A stretch of DNA of 64,000 nt from the sequence record DRR723986_1348, one strand, 5' to 3'. The position numbers were made by a program, and so were the translations under genes. Under the pieces are notes generated by a model. The model saw only the letters and a list, made by a program, of their open reading frames with translations, was not told where the DNA came from and did no database searches. This document shows, piece by piece, positions 49,800-57,642 of this stretch; within the stretch, counting starts at the first letter, position 1, and the number at the start of each line of letters is the position of its first letter.

Positions 49800-50818
49800 A
49801 GCCGCCTTCCCTGAGACAGTAGCAAATACAGGAAATACGGTGCGCCAAGCAGGCTGGTAATAACGCCCACAGGCAGCTCCGCAGGCGCAACCACTGTCCT
49901 CGCCAGCGTGTCGGCAGCCAATAGCAACAATGCACCTAGCAGGGCACTGCCCGGCAATAGCCATCGATGTTGAGGGCCGATAAGCATACGAAGCAGGTGT
50001 GGCACCAATAGACCAACAAAACCGATAACGCCGCTCACTGCCACACAACTGCCAACAATTAATGCCGCCAGTATGACGGTGCGACGCTGTAACTGGCGGG
50101 GGTCAATACCCAGGTATTCGGCGCTGCGATCACCCAACTGCAAAACATCCAATTGCCGAGCACTTCGTGTTAGCAGCAACAAAGCGGGGATCAGTACACT
50201 GCAACACACGGCGATTTGCGTCCACAGCGCGCCGCCCAGGCTACCCATTGTCCAGAAGCTGAGGCTGCGCAATTGCTGGTCATCGCTCAAATACGTGAGA
50301 AACCCAATAGCCGCCCCACAAAGGGCGTTTATCGCCAACCCCGCCAGCAGCAGTGCTGCAACACCGCCGCCGCTGCGACGAGCAAAAAGAAATATAACGA
50401 TGCAGCAAATCAAACCGCCACAAAATGCGGCGATGCTTATGCTGTACAGGCCCAGCAAACCCCAACTGGATGGAATGGCAATTAAACTGATGGCCACGGC
50501 GAGCGCCGCACCGTTGGCAATGCCCAGCAGGCCGGGGTCAGCAAGCGGGTTGCGAAACAAGCCTTGCATCGCCGCGCCCGATGCGCCGAGCCCAGCCCCA
50601 ACTATGGCCGCCAAACACAAGCGCGGTAGCCGGATATGCCAGAGTATGGCGGCCTCTGGATTCTGCCACGCCCGCCACTGCCAGTGCTGCCACTCGACAC
50701 TGGCCGCACCGACAAAGGCAGCCAGCATCAACGCCGCCAATAAACAGGCCATTAATAAGCCAAGCACGCGATACGCCGCATTTGGATGACGCGTTTCAGT
50801 AATCGCGCTGGGCATCAT
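49796..50818 (-). CDS. hmuU: Haem ABC transporter permease (FecCD family)
   Basis: IRLPR, QGLFRNPLADPGLLG, IGFVGLLVPH and ELPVG motifs. Confidence 0.9.
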   Translation of the reverse strand: MMPSAITETRHPNAAYRVLGLLMACLLAALMLAAFVGAASVEWQHWQWRAWQNPEAAILWHIRLPRLCLAAIVGAGLGASGAAMQGLFRNPLADPGLLGIANGAALAVAISLIAIPSSWGLLGLYSISIAAFCGGLICCIVIFLFARRSGGGVAALLLAGLAINALCGAAIGFLTYLSDDQQLRSLSFWTMGSLGGALWTQIAVCCSVLIPALLLLTRSARQLDVLQLGDRSAEYLGIDPRQLQRRTVILAALIVGSCVAVSGVIGFVGLLVPHLLRMLIGPQHRWLLPGSALLGALLLLAADTLARTVVAPAELPVGVITSLLGAPYFLYLLLSQGRRL

Positions 50819-51665
50819 TTTCGGATTCGCCGTGTAGTGCATTGAACAGTGTGGTGGCGGCGTCAGCCGTGCGCGGACCAAAACCCAGCAACAGCAATGC
50901 ATCCATGCTGAGAATGCGCCGCGACTCAGCGGCCGGTGTTAACGCCATCCCAGGCTGGCGCAACAAGCCGTCGACACCGCCAAACTGCTCCAGCCCCTGG
51001 TCAGTCACCACAATCCAGTCTGGCGCCGCATTCACTAACGCCTCTGCTGTCATGGGTTTGTAAGCGCGTATCGCGTCGGCAACATTCCGCCCGCCCATCA
51101 GTTGAATCATGCTGTCGGCAGCGGTATTACGCCCCGCTATCATCGGTGCGCCACCACCGTGATTCATCACAAACAGCACCCCAGGGCGATGCGATAACCG
51201 CTGACGCCGCTCGGCGAGCGCGGAGAAATCCGCTTTGAGCGTTGCAATAATGTCATCGCCGGCGGCCACGGTTCCCAGCAACGACGCTAGCCGGCGAATC
51301 TTGTCATACAACTTTTCAGGTGTCGGCGTTGCCTCCACTAGCTCCAGTTGCTGACCAGCAGCTAGGATCTGCTGCTTTACTGCAGGCGGGCCAATGTCGG
51401 CATTCGCGATGATACGATCTGCCGACACCGACAATACGCCCTCGGCGGACAGGGCGCGAAGGTATCCCAGCTGGGGTAGCTGACGCACCTTCGGCGGGTA
51501 AACGCTGGAGCTATCTACTGCCACCACGCGATCACCGGCGCCGAGCGCAAACACAATTTCTGTTACATCTCCGCCCAAGGTGACCAGGCGCTCACTCGCG
51601 TTACCCAGACTGGAGAGCAACGCCGCGCCAAAGGCCAGTGCCACGACGCGCTTATTTATTCTCAT
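50796..51665 (-). CDS. hmuT: Periplasmic haem-binding protein
   Basis: Signal peptide; VTEIVFALG, LGYLRALSAEG (haem-ligand Tyr) and LLGFGPRT. Confidence 0.9.
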   Translation of the reverse strand: MRINKRVVALAFGAALLSSLGNASERLVTLGGDVTEIVFALGAGDRVVAVDSSSVYPPKVRQLPQLGYLRALSAEGVLSVSADRIIANADIGPPAVKQQILAAGQQLELVEATPTPEKLYDKIRRLASLLGTVAAGDDIIATLKADFSALAERRQRLSHRPGVLFVMNHGGGAPMIAGRNTAADSMIQLMGGRNVADAIRAYKPMTAEALVNAAPDWIVVTDQGLEQFGGVDGLLRQPGMALTPAAESRRILSMDALLLLGFGPRTADAATTLFNALHGESENDAQRDY

Positions 51666-52074
51666 TAAACATTTCCCTTTGGTGCAATAATTGAACACGT
51701 TCGACCTGCGCTTTTTGCAGGGCATCGAGCAGACTGACCAAGGCCTGTAATGGCGCCTGCTGGTCACCGGCGATGAGCAAGGTGGCATCCGCACTCGCCT
51801 GATAACGCGCCAGAAGTTTGGGCATCAGTTCAGCGGTGGTGGAATAGCGGCGCTCGTCCAATACATAAACGCCTGTCGCATCCACGCTTAACTGCAGCGG
51901 GGTATCGGGCATCGGCGACGACTCGCTGCCCTGGGCCTCCACCAGTGCTACGGGCATTGGCGCCACTGCAGCGCCGGCAGTAAGTAAGAAAAACAACAGC
52001 AGAATGAAGAGAATATCCATCAACGGCATCAGCTCCATCGCTGCGGGCTCTGCAGAGTCAGGCAGCTTGATCAT
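51652..52074 (-). CDS. exbD: ExbD
   Basis: LMPLMDILFILLLFF TM segment with the conserved Asp; IAGDQQAP. Confidence 0.88.
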   Translation of the reverse strand: MIKLPDSAEPAAMELMPLMDILFILLLFFLLTAGAAVAPMPVALVEAQGSESSPMPDTPLQLSVDATGVYVLDERRYSTTAELMPKLLARYQASADATLLIAGDQQAPLQALVSLLDALQKAQVERVQLLHQREMFNENK

Positions 52075-52640
52075 GCAAGCTCCACGCGCAGCGTCGGCGC
52101 TGCCACTTTGGCTCCAGCCATATCCAGCGATCGCTGATTGAGTTTTGCGGCCCAGTTCTGCAGTACCACTCGGCAAACACTGTTTTGCAACGCGGCCAGC
52201 ACGGCGGCAAGCAGTGCGATAGACAAACCCACAGCGGTCGTTGTTAGCGCCTGCCACAGGCCATCGGCAAGCAGTGCGGGATTCACCGCGCCGCGGTGTT
52301 CACTAAGGCGGTGAAACGCGGCCATCACACCGATGATGGTGCCCAGCATTCCCAGCAGCGGGCTTACCGTGGCTAGGCCACGCAATACGTTTTGGCCGCG
52401 CAACCACTGCGTGGAGAGCATTTGTAAATGCAGGGCCAGCACTTCATCGCGCAACGCTTTGTCACACTCGCGGTTACTGTCTAGCAAATTCAGGGCGTCA
52501 CTATAGGTTTGTTGCCGATGCCAAACTGCCCACACCGCAAAACACAGGCGCTCTCCCGCTACAGCGAACAACAGTAAGGCGCAACAGATTAGCGGCCACG
52601 CGAGTACGCCGAGAGTATCAATGGAAAACATTGCCATCAT
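52071..52640 (-). CDS. exbB: ExbB (MotA/TolQ/ExbB family)
   Basis: SPLLGMLGTIIG and GLWQALTTTAVGL motifs. Confidence 0.88.
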   Translation of the reverse strand: MMAMFSIDTLGVLAWPLICCALLLFAVAGERLCFAVWAVWHRQQTYSDALNLLDSNRECDKALRDEVLALHLQMLSTQWLRGQNVLRGLATVSPLLGMLGTIIGVMAAFHRLSEHRGAVNPALLADGLWQALTTTAVGLSIALLAAVLAALQNSVCRVVLQNWAAKLNQRSLDMAGAKVAAPTLRVELA

Positions 52641-53674
52641 CAGTCAGCCAAGGTCTGCAACAATTCGCGCCACAGCGGCAATTCGGGTTGACCGGGTTTG
52701 CGGCGCCCAAAGAATGTGACGATCAGTTCACCGCCCGCGCCGTAGACCTCCAACGCGGAGACCACACCATCGACGGTGGGCTTGCGAGTAAGCCAGCACG
52801 CGGCGACCGCATTTTCCTTAAGGTGGAGGTTGAAACGTGGATCCAATACGTTAAACCACCCCGGTGTCGCGCGCAGATTAGTAACCGGGCCACTGTGAAT
52901 CTGAATGCAGGCGCGGTTGCCTACAAACACCATAATTTCACATTGGCTATCGCGCGCCGCTTCAAGCAGACGACGGGGAGATTCTGTGCTGAGCGGCTTC
53001 GCAAGATCGTCGCTGACCAAGCGCAAGGCCTGCTCTCGTTGCACCTTGTAGGTCGCAAGTAAAGCGTGAAAATCGTGGGTGTCTTTCAGCGCCCGCCACG
53101 CGCTCTCGAGTCCCTGAATATCAATGTCACTGTCAGCGAGAGGCGGCGACGGCTCGGGGTAGGCCTCCAACGCCAGCTCTTCAACCTGAGGGCAGTCAGA
53201 AAATTTGCTGACCAGGGCGCGATACGCGGCGGCGTCCGAAGCGTCGGTCAAATAGATTTTGTGGGCCGCGGTTCCCGAGCGATCAAAAAACTGCAGACTG
53301 TGACGGCCAGATTCCTCGACCGCGAAAATACTCGACCAATGGTGCATGAATAGTCGCAGGTCAATCTCTTCGTTTACAGCAAGGCCCATGCTGCCGTTGA
53401 AACCGATTTTTTGGTAGCAGCCTTTGCGTTCATGCACGCAGTGTTCATTACGGGTCAGGGCCATTACCTCGCCCAGTGTTTTTACTTCTTTCAGTATCGC
53501 CTTCGCATCATTGCGTAAACGCGTTACGCCAAGGCCAATGCGACTGGCGACCAACTCCGCCTCTGACACTCCCAGCGATTCAGCGGCATTGCGCGCACGA
53601 AGTGTTTTCCCTTGTTGCTGCAGTGCTTCGTAGCGCTGCAGCAAACTCTGGCCGTCCTTTACTAAGGTATCCAT
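52640..53674 (-). CDS. hmuS: Haem-degrading/shuttle protein HemS/HmuS
   Basis: VMALTRN..CVHE, DLRLF, QFFD.SG.A.HKIY, THDF and CIQIHSG motifs. Confidence 0.93.
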   Translation of the reverse strand: MDTLVKDGQSLLQRYEALQQQGKTLRARNAAESLGVSEAELVASRIGLGVTRLRNDAKAILKEVKTLGEVMALTRNEHCVHERKGCYQKIGFNGSMGLAVNEEIDLRLFMHHWSSIFAVEESGRHSLQFFDRSGTAAHKIYLTDASDAAAYRALVSKFSDCPQVEELALEAYPEPSPPLADSDIDIQGLESAWRALKDTHDFHALLATYKVQREQALRLVSDDLAKPLSTESPRRLLEAARDSQCEIMVFVGNRACIQIHSGPVTNLRATPGWFNVLDPRFNLHLKENAVAACWLTRKPTVDGVVSALEVYGAGGELIVTFFGRRKPGQPELPLWRELLQTLAD

Positions 53675-53686
53675 ACACCCTCCATA

Positions 53687-54397
53687 TCAATTGAGTAAAA
53701 ATTCGATGGGCACTCGCATCCACTGTCCCTGCATGGGGCCTGGGGCAAAGCGCCACCGAGATACCGCGGCAAGCGCGGCCTTATCCAGCAAACCAAAACC
53801 AGAAGACTCAGCCACCTTCACATCGCGCAGCGCACCACCACTGTCGATCAACACATGCAGAACCACCATGCCCTGCATACCCAGCTCAACGGCTCGGCGC
53901 GGATAGCGCGGCGCTCGTCGCTCAACCACCTCGGCCTCGGCCAACGCGGTGGGCGTCGATGCCTGATTTTGGGTTTGCTGTTGCGCGGCAACGGCATCGG
54001 CTACCTCGCTTTCCTGCGGTGAGGCTTGTGATATTGGTTCGCGCTGCCGAGTTTGGTGGGCCTCACGTCGGGTGCGCCGCGGTGCCGGTGGCGATCGATG
54101 GCGGGCCGGCTGTGCAGACGATTTTTCTCGCGGGGGCGCAGCGAGCGCGTGTTGAACCGGCGGCGACGCCAGCGATGGTGGCTCGTTTGCTGTTGCGTTA
54201 TCCGCCGTGTTTTCTGATTCCGGCTGAAATGATGGTGACACCAGATTTACACCCACGGGAACAGCGACGGAAACCGGCGCCGTGTCGGGTAGCAACGCCG
54301 GCGCAAGTACGTGCATTAGCCACAACGCCGCAAGTGCGCCAGCGGCACTTAGCCCCTGGCACACCCGCGCTGGGTAGGTGCCCGACGACACTACCAT
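53687..54397 (-). CDS. tonB: Energy transducer TonB
   Basis: N-terminal TM helix with His, Pro-rich linker, PRYPRRA...G.V C-terminal domain, WRFAP. Confidence 0.88.
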   Translation of the reverse strand: MVVSSGTYPARVCQGLSAAGALAALWLMHVLAPALLPDTAPVSVAVPVGVNLVSPSFQPESENTADNATANEPPSLASPPVQHALAAPPREKSSAQPARHRSPPAPRRTRREAHQTRQREPISQASPQESEVADAVAAQQQTQNQASTPTALAEAEVVERRAPRYPRRAVELGMQGMVVLHVLIDSGGALRDVKVAESSGFGLLDKAALAAVSRWRFAPGPMQGQWMRVPIEFLLN

Positions 54398-56520
54398 TGA
54401 TAACTCACTCTCGCCGTTAGGTTACGCTCCGGCGCGGCAGTGAGTGCAACGGGCCGCTGGTAGGTCTCATCAGTAAGGTTGTTAACGCCGAGATCAACCG
54501 TCAGCGAATCCACCGGTGACCAGCGAGCATAAACATCGTGAACCTGGTAGCTATCGCGACGCAGCTCGTCCTGTGGCACCTTGCTGGTGGAGTCCGCAAA
54601 GCGACTACGCAGACCTATCTCGGTGTTAATTGCAGCGACCTCGTAGGCCAGACTGATCGCGGCGGTACGCGGCTGATTGCTAACCAGATACTCGTCGGTT
54701 CGGCTGTTCTTACCCGTGCTATATGCCACACTCAAACCCAGTTGCCAGGGCCCAAGTCGGTAGTCGGCAGTGGCATCCCAACCCCGAATAACCGCATCAG
54801 AAATATTGCGAGATTGTGTTGTGCCGCAACAGGGTTGACCGGAAAACGGCGGAACGAAGTTCACCTCCAGGTCGATGTAGTCTTCGGCATCAACATTGAA
54901 GTAAGCCGCTTTAACATTCAGGGCATCCCCCTCTCGCCATACATTTTGAAAGCTCAAGCCCATCCCCAGCTCTGCGGTCAAATTGGTTTCCGGCTTTAGG
55001 TCTGGGTTAGGCACAAAGCGGTTACAACCGCCCGCTCCGGGAATGTTTAAGCAGAAGTGATTTCCCGTCGCGTAAATTTCGGTCATCGTCGGCGCGCGAA
55101 ATGCCCCGGTATAATTGGCAAACAGCAGCAGCCAGTCCTTTGGCGCAAGGCTGACACCAAACCTTGGCGACCACTTGGACGCATCAATTGAGCTCGCCGG
55201 ATCCGGATCACTCGCACTGCCTGGCAGAGGAAATGGCAACGGCCAGCCCGCGCCACCCGATACGGCCCCCTCGCCCTGACGTTTGGAGCGGTAGCGGTCG
55301 TAGCGAGCACCGGCGAGCAGCAACCACTGCCCCGCCGCATTCTGCCACTGCCACTCTTGCTGGGCGTACACGGCGGCAAAGTCCGCCTTGGCGTCGGGGA
55401 TACCGTTGGCTTCACCGTTTGCGGAATCTGAACCGCGCTGCTCCTCTCGATAGGCCTCAATGCCATACACCGTGACGCTGTCACCCGACTGCCACAGCTG
55501 TTTGTTTTCCAACTTCACACCATCGGTGATCAATTGACGTCGACGCTCGTCACCCTGCGCACCCATGCCGGTGGCAACGGTCAGTGTTTCCTCCAGGTCC
55601 GTGTCTACGCGATAGATCTGAGCGTCGAGATTAACCCCCTCGTGGTCTGGGTTCTCATAGCGATAACCAAGGCGCCACAAGGTCGAGTCAATGCGCTTAT
55701 CCACCAGCTCCTCACTGTGATCGTCGCCAACTCCCAGCTGGGGATTGTTAGGCTCTTCGGCGTCGCCGCGATAGTGCTGGGCACTGAGTTTCAAGCTGTG
55801 AAAATCTGCCAGTGTTATGCCCAGCTTGAACAAGCCACTGAGCACCTCATCATCGGCCGGCAGTGTGCTGCCGTCGGAAAGATCGATGTCACCCGACTCG
55901 CGTCGACTCACTGACAGCAAGCCATCCATGGCGGCGGTGCGACCAAATACACTGGCGGTCTGGCTGCGTTCGTTGTCGACAGACTGATAACCCGCCGCCA
56001 GCTGACCGCCGACCCGCTCGCCTGGCGCCAGCAAATCCGCCGCGTCGACCGTTTCCATCGCCACCACACCGCCGAGCCCGCCGGAGCCATAGAGCATGGA
56101 ACTCGCTCCGCGTATCACCTCCACCCGCCGCAACAGCGCGGGGTCGACAAAGAAGGCACCATCGTGCCCGGATTCAAAACGCTGGCGAACACCGTCGAGT
56201 AACACCAGCACGCCGTCGCTGTCGTAACCGCGCATCACCAGTGTTTGGCCATTGCGGCGCGCACTGCCCGCAACCTCTACCGACGCCAGGCTATCGAAAA
56301 TATCGGCCACTCTTGAGGCAGAGGCATGCTCAGCCGAACGCGCATCAACAACGTTGCTCATCAGCGGCAAGCGATGGCTGTCACGCGCCGAGCGGGTGGC
56401 GTACACGGTTAATTTATCGGTGCTAAGCAGTGCCGTATCGGCGGGCTCACCTTGACTGTCGGCGAGCACAGGAAGAATAGTAAGACTGCCTGCCAGCAGC
56501 CCCAGTCGCGCAATTCGCAT
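54391..56520 (-). CDS. hmuR: TonB-dependent haem/haemoglobin receptor
   Basis: FRAP...H...NPDL motifs, plug FESGHDG, terminal YQW; first large gene of the haem locus. Confidence 0.9.
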   Translation of the reverse strand: MRIARLGLLAGSLTILPVLADSQGEPADTALLSTDKLTVYATRSARDSHRLPLMSNVVDARSAEHASASRVADIFDSLASVEVAGSARRNGQTLVMRGYDSDGVLVLLDGVRQRFESGHDGAFFVDPALLRRVEVIRGASSMLYGSGGLGGVVAMETVDAADLLAPGERVGGQLAAGYQSVDNERSQTASVFGRTAAMDGLLSVSRRESGDIDLSDGSTLPADDEVLSGLFKLGITLADFHSLKLSAQHYRGDAEEPNNPQLGVGDDHSEELVDKRIDSTLWRLGYRYENPDHEGVNLDAQIYRVDTDLEETLTVATGMGAQGDERRRQLITDGVKLENKQLWQSGDSVTVYGIEAYREEQRGSDSANGEANGIPDAKADFAAVYAQQEWQWQNAAGQWLLLAGARYDRYRSKRQGEGAVSGGAGWPLPFPLPGSASDPDPASSIDASKWSPRFGVSLAPKDWLLLFANYTGAFRAPTMTEIYATGNHFCLNIPGAGGCNRFVPNPDLKPETNLTAELGMGLSFQNVWREGDALNVKAAYFNVDAEDYIDLEVNFVPPFSGQPCCGTTQSRNISDAVIRGWDATADYRLGPWQLGLSVAYSTGKNSRTDEYLVSNQPRTAAISLAYEVAAINTEIGLRSRFADSTSKVPQDELRRDSYQVHDVYARWSPVDSLTVDLGVNNLTDETYQRPVALTAAPERNLTARVSYQW

Positions 56521-56582
56521 AGTTGCTCCAAATACGATGGCGTTGCTGGCGACGTGCTGGCTGGCCTAATTTTGAGATGAAA

Positions 56583-56747
56583 TTACTTGGTTAAAATCAA
56601 TTTTCCCTGACGAGTAATTCGCAGTTGATATTGCTCGCCGGCATGCAAAATACGCAACGGGCCTTCCTTGCAAAGCAACTGCGAACTCTGCACAACGTTG
56701 TCACGAATCGTGACATAGCGCTGGCTTGAGCGGCGATCCGGTTCCAC
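56583..56747 (-). CDS. hemP: Haemin uptake protein HemP/HmuP
   Basis: ILHAGEQYQLRITRQGKLILTK signature; GTG 56747 with AGGGAG SD. Confidence 0.92.
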   Translation of the reverse strand: MEPDRRSSQRYVTIRDNVVQSSQLLCKEGPLRILHAGEQYQLRITRQGKLILTK

Positions 56748-56766
56748 ATCAAACTCCCTAAACGTT

Positions 56767-56785
56767 AATGCGAACAATTATCATT
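56767..56785. promoter_or_regulatory. Fur box
   Basis: Minus strand AATGATAATTGTTCGCATT, matching the TGATAATnATTATCA 7-1-7 motif, immediately upstream of hemP. Confidence 0.85.
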
Positions 56786-56996
56786 TAATTTGTAGGTGAC
56801 GTCAACTCCCCAACCGCGCCCTTGCCTTTTATTTTGGCCGGGCTATGCTGTCAGCTCACTCATCGACTTCCCGGCAACCATGAAACGCAAGCTCAAGACC
56901 TGCACAACACCACTCAAATTTCTCTCCTAAGCCGGGGAGTTAGTTCGCTCTCCGGCATGAAGGCAAACACCTTGTTTTCACCATTGGAGGGTCGAC

Positions 56997-57392
56997 ATGT
57001 CTTCTCGCGAGACTACCCAAACTACCAAGCGCAACATCGCCGACAAACGTGAATCGCTGCTCCCTGTACAACGCTTATCCGGGCTTCTGTCCGACACGCC
57101 AATTTTCAGCCAGCCCGCTGAGTTACTGGCAATATTGTGTCGGCTCGAGCAGGCATCTGTGAGAGATAACCGGGTACAACTGGGTGATCACGTTCTACTT
57201 GAATGCGGCGAATGTAGCGAATTACTGTGCGTCAAATTGGTCTTACCAAAAGACGTGACACTCAGGCACTACCACCTTTCTGTGTTTTCGCCGCTGGGCA
57301 GGGCCGTTTACCAACAGCCACTCGGCGCGGAGCTGTCCATCAAGATGGCCCGCCGCTCGGTAACGCTCCGACTGCTGCATTTCTACCGCTAA
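56997..57392 (+). CDS. GreA/GreB C-terminal domain (Rnk-like) protein
   Basis: VQLGDHVLL...LVLP...LSVFSPLGRAV...G pattern; GGAGG SD; no long N-terminal coiled coil. Confidence 0.65.
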   Translation: MSSRETTQTTKRNIADKRESLLPVQRLSGLLSDTPIFSQPAELLAILCRLEQASVRDNRVQLGDHVLLECGECSELLCVKLVLPKDVTLRHYHLSVFSPLGRAVYQQPLGAELSIKMARRSVTLRLLHFYR

Positions 57393-57518
57393 TCATCGAT
57401 GGAGGGAAACCCGTTATGGAGCGCTTATCGCGCCGCACGCTTTTTTATTCATACATGAATGCGATCAGTAGCGCACGCAACGCGGCGCAGCATGGCGCTG
57501 GATCGTGGGAGAATAAAC

Positions 57519-57608
57519 ATGGCCAAAGAAAAGCCGAAAAAAACCGCCCAAAAATCGCTGAAGGATAAACGCCGCGAGAAGCGCGAAAAACGCAGAAACA
57601 GCGATTAA
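57519..57608 (+). CDS. Small basic protein (29 aa, absent from ORF track)
   Basis: MAKEKPKKTAQKSLKDKRREKREKRRNSD; GGGAGA SD 6 nt before ATG; hairpin just after the stop. Confidence 0.55.
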   Translation: MAKEKPKKTAQKSLKDKRREKREKRRNSD

Positions 57609-57618
57609 CTCAGCCATT

Positions 57619-57639
57619 CGGCGCCGCCCCGTGGCGCCG
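57619..57639. terminator. Hairpin between the convergent small ORF and TonB receptor
   Basis: CGGCGCC/GGCGCCG stem followed by TTATT on the + strand. Confidence 0.55.
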
Positions 57640-57642
57640 TTA

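Noticed and set aside
50073-50789. 238-aa plus-strand ORF
   Set aside because: Antisense shadow of hmuU
56931-56996. yybP-ykoY riboswitch suggested by GGGGAGT
   Set aside because: The other conserved elements are not evident and the downstream gene is not a Mn-related transporter
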